A stretch of DNA of 11,168 nucleotides from Candidatus Hydrogenedentota bacterium (GCA_034408725.1 JAWXCN010000208.1:1-11168); one strand, 5' to 3'. Counted from the first letter of the stretch, positions 1-8,241 are shown. The notes: generated from the letters alone by a model not told the origin. Numbers and translations: made by a program.

Positions 1-397
1 ATCCCGTGAGCGCGGGATTGCAAACCATTTCGATCAGCTGCTTTTCGCCAACCTTGGCGGTGATCGCATCGCACTGCGGCGCGGTACGGTTGTCGCACCA
101 AAGCAGTGCATTTCGCAGCACACGGTCTTGCGCATCCAGAAACACCGAACCGTGCATCTGGCCGGTAAGGCCGATGCCTTTCACGTCAGAGGTGTTCACT
201 TCCGGTGCCTGCGCGAGCCGTTTCAACGCTTCCAGCGACGCCGCCTTCCAGTCCGCTGGGTCCTGTTCGGCCCAGCCGGGTTTGGGCGTCAGCAGTGGAT
301 ATTCGATAACTGCGGAGGCAAGCAGCGCGCCGCGCTCGTCAATGGCGATGGCCTTGGTTCCGCTGGTGCCGACATCAAGTCCGATCACAATGCTCAT
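1..397 (-). CDS. xylB: Xylulokinase (FGGY sugar kinase), N-terminal part; continues beyond the left edge
   Basis: Manual minus-strand translation from ATG at 397: MSIVIGLDVGTSGTKAIAIDERG...YPLLTPKPGWAEQDP...GIGLTGQMHG...LLWCDNRT...NPALTG. It has the FGGY DxGTS motif and the xylulokinase-type GQMHG and WxDxRT motifs. SD-like GGGGAG at 405-410 on the minus strand. Frame is open to the edge. Confidence 0.9.
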   Translation of the reverse strand, partial: MSIVIGLDVGTSGTKAIAIDERGALLASAVIEYPLLTPKPGWAEQDPADWKAASLEALKRLAQAPEVNTSDVKGIGLTGQMHGSVFLDAQDRVLRNALLWCDNRTAPQCDAITAKVGEKQLIEMVCNPALTG

Positions 398-512
398 GTG
401 GTGGCTCCCCAAAAAATCCCATACTTCGTGTCAGTGCCGCCCCAATGTTTTTTCACGGCGGGGCAATTCTACAGATTTTAAGCATCACCTTTCAGGAGCG
501 TGCAAATTCGAT

Positions 513-548
513 AGAAAGGACGAAAGGGACTTAAGGGACGAAGGGGAT
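513..548. repeat. Degenerate 9-bp tandem repeat, 4 units
   Basis: agaaaggac / gaaagggac / ttaagggac / gaaggggat read directly in the xylB-GT4 intergenic region. Confidence 0.75.
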
Positions 549-669
549 GAAGAGTCGAGCGCACGATTACGATTTCGAGAACCATTGCGGGTAGGGTGGC
601 GAGGGCTGAAACACGATTGGGTGTGCCGGGCGTTGCATCAATGAGAGGTTGGGCATACCATTCGCACGT

Positions 670-1905
670 ATGGGTGAGGTAGACACCAAAGAAATTCGGG
701 TTTTGTTGCTGCACAATTTTTTGTCGCCGTACCGGGCGCCTTTATTCGACGAGTTGGCGGGGCGGTTTGATTTGGATGTTTGGATACTGGGCGACATCCG
801 TTCGGTGCGGGAGTGGCGGGCCGATGCCGGGGACGCGAAGTTTCGGATGCGGAATTTGCCGCGGGTGTCGGTTCCTTTGGGCAGCCGGTACAACGTTATT
901 TTGATCAATCCGACCTTGCCGGTTGCGTTGTCGAGGCAGCGGGCGGATGTCATCATTTGTTGCGCGTGGGACACGCCAGCGGCGTTTTACGCGTCGTTGC
1001 ACGCCTGGTTGACGGGGACTCCGTTTATTCTGTGGAGTGGAAGCACGCCGGCGGAGAACACATTGTTGCGTCGGTTTACGCGTCCACTCGTGCGCGCGTT
1101 GGTCCGGAGTGCGACGGCGTGGCTGGCCTATGGGTCGCGGGCGAAGGAGTATCTGGTGTCGCTGGGCGCGCGCAAAGACAAGACGTTTCTTGCGTACAAC
1201 ACGGTGGAGACGGAATCGTTTGCGAAGACGGCGATGGAATCGGATAGCGCGCGGTTGCGGGAGTGGTTGGGGATTAAGTCGCGGTATGTGGCGTTGTATT
1301 GTGGTAATTTGTTGGATTTGAAGGGTGTGGGTGATTTGGTGGAGGGGTTTGGCCGGGTTTGCGGGGGGGGGATTCGGACGAACACGGACGGACACGGACG
1401 AAGCACGGACGTCGATAATCGTTTCGCGGTGATGCCCACGGCACCGGATATCACACTCCTGCTTGTGGGCAGTGGGAAACATGAGACGAAGTTTCGGGCG
1501 ATGGTGCGCGAGTTGGGGATTGAATCGCGGGTGATTTTTACGGGGTTTGTGGCGCGTGAAGCGATGCCAGGCTATTACGCGCTGGCGGACTTGCAGGTTG
1601 TGCCTTCCCGGTCGGAGGTGTGGGGGTTGGTCATCAATGAGGCGCTGGCGTGCGGTGTACCGGTGTTGGCAACGGATGCGTGCGGGGCGGCGCCGGACCT
1701 GTTGACGCATGGGGTGAATGGTTACGTCGTGCCCGCGCGAAACCCGGAAACGTTGGCTGCGGCGATGCGCGATCATTTTGATCATCCCGAACGGCACGCC
1801 GCGATGCGTGACGCGGCGCGCGCATCGATTGCGCCTTTCACGATGACGCGAGCGGCGGACGCGTTTGTAGCGGCCGTGGGGTGCGCACTGGATATGAAAC
1901 GGTGA
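670..1905 (+). CDS. Glycosyltransferase family 4 (GT-B fold, retaining)
   Basis: N-terminal 'LLHNFLSPYR', the 'G.L...KG' donor-binding segment, and the EX7E motif in PSRSEVWGLVINEALACGVPV followed by HGVNGYVV. ATG at 670 is preferred; TTG at 649 is the alternative start. Confidence 0.93.
   Translation: MGEVDTKEIRVLLLHNFLSPYRAPLFDELAGRFDLDVWILGDIRSVREWRADAGDAKFRMRNLPRVSVPLGSRYNVILINPTLPVALSRQRADVIICCAWDTPAAFYASLHAWLTGTPFILWSGSTPAENTLLRRFTRPLVRALVRSATAWLAYGSRAKEYLVSLGARKDKTFLAYNTVETESFAKTAMESDSARLREWLGIKSRYVALYCGNLLDLKGVGDLVEGFGRVCGGGIRTNTDGHGRSTDVDNRFAVMPTAPDITLLLVGSGKHETKFRAMVRELGIESRVIFTGFVAREAMPGYYALADLQVVPSRSEVWGLVINEALACGVPVLATDACGAAPDLLTHGVNGYVVPARNPETLAAAMRDHFDHPERHAAMRDAARASIAPFTMTRAADAFVAAVGCALDMKR
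1371..1411. repeat. 10-bp tandem repeat (RACACGGACG, 4 units) inside the GT4 CDS, preceded by a G9 run at 1363-1371
   Basis: gattcggacg / aacacggacg / gacacggacg / aagcacggacg (last unit is 11 nt). Confidence 0.85.
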
Positions 1906-1939
1906 CGCGGACGGGCAGGCTGCCGGCGGGTGCGCGCCG

Positions 1940-3457
1940 ATGAATTACGCGCGGCAGTTTGCGCGGCATGCGGCGATGACGGTCGCGACTACGCTGCTTA
2001 CGGGCGTGTTGTTTTACGTGTTGCGCATCGTGTTGTACAAGAACCTGACGCCGGACGAGTACGGCCTGTTTTACACGCTGTTTTCGTTTGTGATGATTGT
2101 GCAGACGGTTGTGACGTTTGGATTCGATCCCGGTTTGGTCCCATACGTGACGCAGTACCGGGAATCGAACGATTACGATGCCGCGAAATCGTTGATCCTC
2201 GGCGCGTTTGCGCCGCAAGGCGTTGCGACGGGCGTGGTCGTGTGCGTTTTTTTGATCGCGCCGGAGCTCGTGGCCGGGGCGCTGCGCATCGAGGCCGAGG
2301 CCGCGCCGGCATTGCTGCGGATTCTCGCAGCGCACGCGGTGTGCGTCTTGCTGTTTAAGGCAGGTCAACAGGTTCTGCTCGGCGCGCAGGCGATTGCGTG
2401 GCGCAATGTGTCGGACCTTGCGCGGGCGATTGTGTGCGTGGGGGGCGCGGCGTGGTTGTTGCACTCGGGCTGGGGCGTGCTGGCGACTGCAATCGCTTAT
2501 ACGCTGGGCGCAATGGCCGAGGTGGTGGTGCAGGGGATTGCAATTGGCTTTGCGCTTCCGCGCTTGGCGCGGGCGCGGTTTTCGTGGCGGCCCCAGCTCG
2601 TTCGCAATGCCTTCGATTCGGGGAAATGGTTGAGTCTCGCGTTCGGCGGGATTGTCGTGTTTTCCGCCTTGGATACGGTCGTAATTTCGCTGATGCTTTC
2701 GGCGCGGGACGTCGCGGCATATCAGATCGCGTTGCCCACTGCGACAATTCTCTATAGCCTGATGATTGCGGCGGGACTGAGCTTGTTGCCGGCAGTGAAG
2801 ACGTTGTGGCTTCGGGGCGAGCGGGCGATGCTTACCGACGGCATCGAGCGGCTGTACGAAGCAGGCATCGGGGTGATGTTGCCTTTGGGCGTGGTGTTGG
2901 CGTGCGGATCAGATGTGTTAATGACGGCGTTGTTCGGAGATTCGATTCTCAATGCGCGCGAAGCGTTCGATGTGATGGCCGTCGGGGGAATCGCATTTTT
3001 CATTGCGTATATCAATCTCCACATTCTGGCGGGCATTGATCAGGGGCGCGCCGCGGGAACGTCGGTCGCTGCTGGATTGGCGCTATACATTCTATTGCTT
3101 CCCGTGCTCACCTATTTTCTCGGCATTCGCGGTGCCGCGTTGGCGGGGATAGCGGGGTATGGTGCGGCGGCAACATTGAGTCTCTATGGCATTCAGCGCT
3201 GCCTGCACGTGCGGCTTTTCAGCGGGCGGATTGCCGGTGTTGCCGTGGTGTCGGCAGTCCTTGGGTTGGCGGGGGTAGGGTCCCGTTGGTTGAACTTTAT
3301 AGCGTTGGACCGGCCCGTGTTAAGCGGGGCGTTTGGACTTGCATTGGGATTTACTGCGTTGGCGACAAGCGAGTTTATGGGATTTACCAATTTTCGCCAT
3401 TTTTTGCACAGCCCCGTTACATTGGAAGCATCAACCAACATTCCGCGCAACCTTTAA
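1940..3457 (+). CDS. Oligosaccharide flippase (Wzx / polysaccharide biosynthesis protein, MOP superfamily)
   Basis: 505 aa with many hydrophobic segments. It shows the Wzx-type N-terminal pattern 'R...LTPDEYGLF...FGFD..L' and mid-protein 'D..VISLMLSARDVAAYQIA' and 'GIRGAALA'. Starts 34 bp after the GT4 stop. Confidence 0.88.
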   Translation: MNYARQFARHAAMTVATTLLTGVLFYVLRIVLYKNLTPDEYGLFYTLFSFVMIVQTVVTFGFDPGLVPYVTQYRESNDYDAAKSLILGAFAPQGVATGVVVCVFLIAPELVAGALRIEAEAAPALLRILAAHAVCVLLFKAGQQVLLGAQAIAWRNVSDLARAIVCVGGAAWLLHSGWGVLATAIAYTLGAMAEVVVQGIAIGFALPRLARARFSWRPQLVRNAFDSGKWLSLAFGGIVVFSALDTVVISLMLSARDVAAYQIALPTATILYSLMIAAGLSLLPAVKTLWLRGERAMLTDGIERLYEAGIGVMLPLGVVLACGSDVLMTALFGDSILNAREAFDVMAVGGIAFFIAYINLHILAGIDQGRAAGTSVAAGLALYILLLPVLTYFLGIRGAALAGIAGYGAAATLSLYGIQRCLHVRLFSGRIAGVAVVSAVLGLAGVGSRWLNFIALDRPVLSGAFGLALGFTALATSEFMGFTNFRHFLHSPVTLEASTNIPRNL

Positions 3458-3509
3458 TCGTACCGGCTCTTACGGTGGCAATCCCCTTACTGTATGACAG
3501 AGACGGTGC

Positions 3510-3538
3510 TTGACAGACCTGTGATATCGCGGTATTCT
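3510..3538 (+). promoter_or_regulatory. Sigma70-type promoter upstream of the protease
   Basis: TTGACA (3510-3515), 17-bp spacer, TATTCT (3533-3538), in the intergenic region and oriented toward the protease. Confidence 0.7.
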
Positions 3539-3750
3539 GCTAATCGTTCACGTGATCGCGCCCTAATTATGCCCCTCGCGGCCAGTTTGACGAACGGGGC
3601 GATACCGGTTGTGGGTTGGGAACGCTGGGTAAGTAAGTCAGAAGTGCCGGGTGCTTTGTTGCGATGCGCTGCCAACGAGCACCGGCATGGGCGCGAGCAT
3701 AACTGCGCAGCCTGAATATGACGGCAACGCTTTCGCGCGGGAGATTTAAG

Positions 3751-6700
3751 ATGCGGTCCGGAAGACTGGGGAGATTCGGCGTTTGCGCCGTAGTGTTCGT
3801 GCTGGGCACGGTGGCAGGCGCGCAAGCGGGTAATCCAGATGCGGTGCGCGGCGTGTTGAAGTCGATGCAGGGTCCCAACCTTCTCGCCGCTCCGGCAACA
3901 CGGCTCACGCACGATGGTTATTTGAAATTTGTCAGCGCGCCATCGGGGAATGTATTTCAACCAAGCGCCGCGTCGAAATCGGCGGGCGCGGCGGACAGTG
4001 TTGCAAAATCATTTCTCGCGGAACATGCGCGCGCGTTTGGCATCCATGAAGATGGAGTGGAGTTGACCACCGATCGCGTGTTGACGCACAACGCCCGGAC
4101 TTATGTCCGGTTGAACCAGGCGTTTGACGGGGTTCCAGTGTTTGGCGCGCAGGTAACGTTGCAATTGCAGCCGGATGGCGGCATTACGGCGGTGCTGAGC
4201 GATGTCATGCGCGACGCGGCGCGCGTATATTCGGGCGCGCTGCGGTTGTCTCCCACCTTGTCATCGGACGGAGCGCGAAACGCGGCGGTGAATTTGGTGC
4301 TGGTGGAGAACCCCAACTTCCTGTTTGAAACAAGCGAACCGTCGCTTCAGCTTTTTGTGCCAGGCGTGGTTGGCGCATTAGGGGTGGCCCGGCTTGCGTA
4401 TATCGTGGAGGTGTACGGGACGGGTCCCGGCATGCCCGTGGAAGAAAGAATTCTTATCGACGCCCATTCCGGCGGTGTGATCATCCGTATTCCGATGATA
4501 CTGCATGCAAAGGACCGGCAAATTTACGACGCGGCGAATGTACCGTTCACGGATATCGCCCCTGAACCGGGACTGCTGGGCCGCGGTGAAGGGCAGCCCG
4601 CGAGCGGCATCAGCGATGTAAATGACGCCTATGATTTCTACGGCGACACCTACGATTTTTACTTCAATGAGAACAACCGCGACAGCATCGACGGCCTTGG
4701 GCTGACGATGGAAGCGATAACGCGGTATTGCCCCGATAATTTCGATTGTCCGTTTTCGAATGCCTTCTGGAGAGATTCGACCCAGCGCATGTATTTCGGC
4801 GATGGTTGGGTGGTGGATGACGTGGTGGCGCATGAATTGACGCACGGCGTGACATCGCACGAGTCCGGCCTTATCTATTTTTCGGAATCGGGCGCCATCA
4901 ACGAATCACTCTCCGATATCTGGGGTGAATTTGTGGATTTGACGAATGGTAAAGGGCTGGACACGCCGGCAGTGCGATGGTTGGTGGGAGAGGAGATTCC
5001 CGGAGGGCCGTTGCGCAGCATGAGCAATCCAAACGCATTTCAGTGCGCGGAGATTTACCAGGGCCCATTCTGGATATTCGATTTGTTCTTTGACAATGGC
5101 GGCGTTCACTTCAATTCGGGCGTGGGCAACAAATTGAGTTTTCTGTTGACCGATGGCGGTGACTTCAATGGTTTCACTATTGATCCCCTGGGAATGCAAA
5201 CCACGGCGGACATTTTCTACGAGTGCCAGAAGAACATCCTCACCGTGGCCTCGGACTATGTGGACCTTGGAGACGCGCTTGTGCAGGCGGCCACGAACCT
5301 GGGCTTGAGCAGTGCGGAAACCGGTGCGATTAACAATGCTCTGTATGCAACGGAGATCAAGGAATTCGAGGGGAAGGTGTTGCGTGATTTCCGCGCAGCC
5401 GGACAGGCCGGCGACAACCGGGTCGCGTTGACGTGGTTGATTCCGACCGCGGGTGATTACACCGGCGTAGACATCGTGCGCCGGGACGGAAGATTTCCGG
5501 AGCACGCGACAGATGGCGCGGTGATTGCCTCGATCACTGATTCGTCGGAACGTTTCGTGGATACACCGGGTGGTGACGCCAATACCGACGTGTATTACGG
5601 TCTGTTTCCGCGACCGGGCTCCGCGCCTGTCAATACTTCCCATTTCGCGCGCGCGACGATTGGCGTGACAGTGGACTACCTGACGGAATCGTTTGCGGGC
5701 GGCACGGATATGGCCTTCTCGCAAATTACATTCGTGCCGGCGGGGCCGGTGCCGGTGACCGGCGCGGCGGTCGATAAGCCGGAGGTTTATTTTAACTATA
5801 CGACGTATGCGGCGCATGTATCGGGAGACGCGAAGATAGGCCCAGAATTCGATGGAACACTTCCGGTGAGCAAGGAAGGGTCATTCCAGTTCGCAATGGG
5901 AGACGACGACGAGTTTTCTTTTTCACCTCCCGTGCCGATCCCGTTCTTTGGCCGGTTCCTGAATACGTTGACGTTGTCGTCAAACGGCTATATCGCGGCA
6001 GCGGCCTCGCAATACGGGGTGAGCGCTTCGCCGACTTTGGACGGGCATTTTGATGACACACGCATATCATTCTTGTACGCGGACCTTGATCCGAGAAGCG
6101 GCGGAGAGGTTTGGGCGAAGTTTTTGGATGATCGCGCCGTGGTCACGTTTGAAAACGTACCGTCATTCGATCAGGCGGAACTTTTCCCGGGGTCGACGCA
6201 CGGGAATACGGTCCAGTGCGAATTATTCTTCGGCGGGCAAATCCGTTTCACGTATCTGGGTCTGACAGTGGAACGCGCGATCATTGGATTGTCGGACGGC
6301 AATGGAGTGCCGTTGGAAGTGGCCGATGTGTTGGCAGGCACAGCGGCTGATCCCGATGAGTCGAACCTGGATGCATTGCCGGAATCGATTCCTCTCGAAT
6401 TGCAGCCCGTTCCCGTCCAATACATCGAGCGGGGAGACGTGGTCCAATTCGTGGCGACGGCGATTACCAATCAGGGCGCGCCGGTATTCTCGATGATCCA
6501 ACTGCCGGATGGACTTGGTGTCGGTGTAATGGCAGGCGCAACGTTGGACCCGGCGACGGGCGAATTTGAATGGGACAGCGGCGGTTTCCCGCAGGGCGTG
6601 TACGGGATGATACTGTGCGCCAGCGCCGGGGATTTCAGTTCGTGCCAGACGGTGGGTGTCGTGGTCACGCGCACGGATGTTGCTCCCGTCGCGATCAACG

Positions 6701-7167
6701 TGACGATATCGCCGGATGAGCCGCGCGACAGCGACAGCCTGAACGCGAACTACGGTTATAGCCACCCGACGTTGCCGGAAGGCCCGACGACAATTTATTG
6801 GCTGAAGAACGGGGCTATCATTCCCGCGTATACGAATTTACTCACGGTCACGGATGACGCGACAAGCCCGGGCGAGGAATGGTGTTTCCAGATCGTGCCG
6901 GCAACGATTCAGGTGGGAGCAATCGGTTCGGAGAATGTGTATCTGCGGGGTGAAGTGGTCCAGTCGCCCAAGGTCACCATTTTGCCGAACCTCAAGGTTG
7001 ACGCGAATGGCGATGGCAAGGTGAACGCAGTTGACCTGCAACTTGTCGTGCGCGGGTTGTTGGGCACGGGGGAACCTGGAATTGATCCTGACGTAAATGG
7101 AGACGGGTACGAAGACGCGTCGGACGTGCAATCGACGATCAATTACATTCTGACGAAGCAGAACTAA
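3751..7167 (+). CDS. Secreted M4-family (thermolysin-like) zinc metalloprotease with C-terminal accessory domains and a dockerin-like module
   Basis: Signal peptide MRSGRLGRFGVCAVVFVLGTVAGAQA. FTP-like (YVRLNQAFDGVPVFG) and PepSY-like (ILIDAHSG) propeptide. Catalytic motifs NAFW, HELTH (4831-4845), GAINESLSD (from 4891) and GGVHFNSG. C-terminal DANGDGKVNAVD...DVNGDGYEDASD. GGAG at 3740-3743 favours ATG 3751 over ATG 3718. Confidence 0.93.
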   Translation: MRSGRLGRFGVCAVVFVLGTVAGAQAGNPDAVRGVLKSMQGPNLLAAPATRLTHDGYLKFVSAPSGNVFQPSAASKSAGAADSVAKSFLAEHARAFGIHEDGVELTTDRVLTHNARTYVRLNQAFDGVPVFGAQVTLQLQPDGGITAVLSDVMRDAARVYSGALRLSPTLSSDGARNAAVNLVLVENPNFLFETSEPSLQLFVPGVVGALGVARLAYIVEVYGTGPGMPVEERILIDAHSGGVIIRIPMILHAKDRQIYDAANVPFTDIAPEPGLLGRGEGQPASGISDVNDAYDFYGDTYDFYFNENNRDSIDGLGLTMEAITRYCPDNFDCPFSNAFWRDSTQRMYFGDGWVVDDVVAHELTHGVTSHESGLIYFSESGAINESLSDIWGEFVDLTNGKGLDTPAVRWLVGEEIPGGPLRSMSNPNAFQCAEIYQGPFWIFDLFFDNGGVHFNSGVGNKLSFLLTDGGDFNGFTIDPLGMQTTADIFYECQKNILTVASDYVDLGDALVQAATNLGLSSAETGAINNALYATEIKEFEGKVLRDFRAAGQAGDNRVALTWLIPTAGDYTGVDIVRRDGRFPEHATDGAVIASITDSSERFVDTPGGDANTDVYYGLFPRPGSAPVNTSHFARATIGVTVDYLTESFAGGTDMAFSQITFVPAGPVPVTGAAVDKPEVYFNYTTYAAHVSGDAKIGPEFDGTLPVSKEGSFQFAMGDDDEFSFSPPVPIPFFGRFLNTLTLSSNGYIAAAASQYGVSASPTLDGHFDDTRISFLYADLDPRSGGEVWAKFLDDRAVVTFENVPSFDQAELFPGSTHGNTVQCELFFGGQIRFTYLGLTVERAIIGLSDGNGVPLEVADVLAGTAADPDESNLDALPESIPLELQPVPVQYIERGDVVQFVATAITNQGAPVFSMIQLPDGLGVGVMAGATLDPATGEFEWDSGGFPQGVYGMILCASAGDFSSCQTVGVVVTRTDVAPVAINVTISPDEPRDSDSLNANYGYSHPTLPEGPTTIYWLKNGAIIPAYTNLLTVTDDATSPGEEWCFQIVPATIQVGAIGSENVYLRGEVVQSPKVTILPNLKVDANGDGKVNAVDLQLVVRGLLGTGEPGIDPDVNGDGYEDASDVQSTINYILTKQN

Positions 7168-7185
7168 ACTAGCGAGATCATGTTC

Positions 7186-7224
7186 AAACCGCACCCGCGT
7201 TCATTCAACGCGGGTGCGGTTTTT
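7186..7224. terminator. Intrinsic terminator for the protease, possibly bidirectional
   Basis: Perfect 16-bp stem aaaccgcacccgcgtt (7186-7201) / aacgcgggtgcggttt (7207-7222) with a 5-nt loop and a T-run on the + strand. It lies between convergent genes. Confidence 0.85.
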
Positions 7225-7292
7225 ATTGTACATTGCAATATGGAGATGAACAGCGCAGTTCGATACGGACTCTGCTGCCGCAGTCCATATCT

Positions 7293-8054
7293 TTAACGGA
7301 GGCTTTCCTGGAGCTTCTTGATTTCGCTCATGTCCTGGACCTTCACGCCTTCGGGCACGGTGTAGACGAAGCGTTCGGGGGCGAGGGCGACGTTGACTTT
7401 TATGTCGTTATAGACGGTTGTGGAAAGAGGTTGTGCTTTCTCGTCAAGGACTTCCATCTTGACCTGGAGGCCGAGTTCTTTGGAAATATAGACCCGCATC
7501 AAGCCAACGTCCATGGGCGCGGCGGCTTTGGTGTCCGGGCTGGGCGTCACCTCGACGACGTAGACCGATTTTCCGTCGATGGTTGCGTCGGGAAGCAGCT
7601 TTAGTTCGCCCTGGGCGCGAAGCGTTTCAAACATGGATTTGCCGGTCATCGGGCCCTGTTTCCCGGCTTCCTCCGGGTCTACGCGGAACACCTGGCGCAT
7701 TCCCATTGCTTCCATGTCGTTGAAGATGGCTTTTCCGTCGAACACGGAGAGCATTTTCTGCTCCATTGCGCCGGCAAGCGGAATGCCGGTATCGATTTTG
7801 TTGACCATGTCCAGGCGGAACAATGACTGTTCGCCCTTCTTAAGGCACTCGAGGGTGCCCGTGGCATGGGTTTTCATGGTGGCTGGGCCGATAGTGACGT
7901 TGGTGTCGCTGGTGACATTGGCCGAAAACGAGTTTATTTTGGCCCACATTTTCTCGACGTCGTTTTCGACGGATTCAAGGGTTTGTTCCGCGAACGCGAT
8001 GCGCGCGACCGAAAATATACCGATTACCGCCAATGTAGACATACCGCGTCGCAT
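7293..8054 (-). CDS. LolA-like periplasmic protein (outer-membrane lipoprotein carrier/sorting fold)
   Basis: Signal peptide ending AFA. 'INSFSANVT' first strand, 'SVFDGK', 'IDGKSVYVVEVTP', and C-terminal 'YNDIKVNVALAPERFVYTVPEGVKVQD' are typical of the LolA superfamily. SD AAGGAG at 8061-8066 on the minus strand. Orthology to true lolA is not established. Confidence 0.8.
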   Translation of the reverse strand: MRRGMSTLAVIGIFSVARIAFAEQTLESVENDVEKMWAKINSFSANVTSDTNVTIGPATMKTHATGTLECLKKGEQSLFRLDMVNKIDTGIPLAGAMEQKMLSVFDGKAIFNDMEAMGMRQVFRVDPEEAGKQGPMTGKSMFETLRAQGELKLLPDATIDGKSVYVVEVTPSPDTKAAAPMDVGLMRVYISKELGLQVKMEVLDEKAQPLSTTVYNDIKVNVALAPERFVYTVPEGVKVQDMSEIKKLQESLR

Positions 8055-8162
8055 GCGCGTCTCCTTCGCTTAACTGTGGTTGTGCAAATCCCAGACGAGG
8101 CGTACTACCCCTGATTCACTTTAGACCGTTGTAGCCGGAAACAGGATTCGAGGAGTTTAGCG

Positions 8163-8241
8163 ATCCGGAGGGCGGGTTTTCCAACCCGCCGTTGATCGTT
8201 TAATTCAGAAAATGGCGGGTTGGAAAACCCGCCCTCCGGAT
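8163..8241. repeat. REP doublet (REPIN-like): two inverted GGAG-type REP units
   Basis: 8163-8190 atccggagggcgggttttccaacccgcc is the exact reverse complement of 8214-8241. Each arm holds its own hairpin ggcgggtt-ttcc-aacccgcc preceded by GGAG. Confidence 0.85.

Noticed and set aside
466-495. Possible xylB promoter on the minus strand (CTGAAA-18-TAGAAT)
   Set aside because: The -35 box is weak and competing alignments exist, so it cannot be called from sequence alone.
587-598. GCGGGTAGGGTG resembles the RfaH ops site (GGCGGTAGnnTG) or the start of a GTAG-type REP
   Set aside because: There are two mismatches in the ops core, no JUMPStart context, only a short downstream operon, and no palindrome after the GTAG.
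6-644. 212-aa plus-strand ORF (and 128..481)
   Set aside because: Antisense shadow of the xylulokinase, which has clear family motifs and an SD on the minus strand.
1371-1411. Repeats as a CRISPR array
   Set aside because: The units are 10 bp with no spacers, and no cas genes are in the window.
742-1797. 351-aa minus-strand ORF
   Set aside because: Fully antisense to GT4, Arg/His/Pro-rich, no motifs; a typical high-GC shadow ORF.
1904-1913. Single gacgcggacg unit at the GT4 stop, similar to the internal repeat
   Set aside because: One 10-mer with a mismatch in GC-rich DNA is compatible with chance.
3494-3715. 73-aa ORF in the flippase-protease gap
   Set aside because: It starts upstream of and overlaps the putative promoter, has no SD and no recognisable features.
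4906-5817. 303-aa minus-strand ORF and other ORFs antisense to the protease
   Set aside because: Shadow frames of a well-supported gene with no recognisable motifs.
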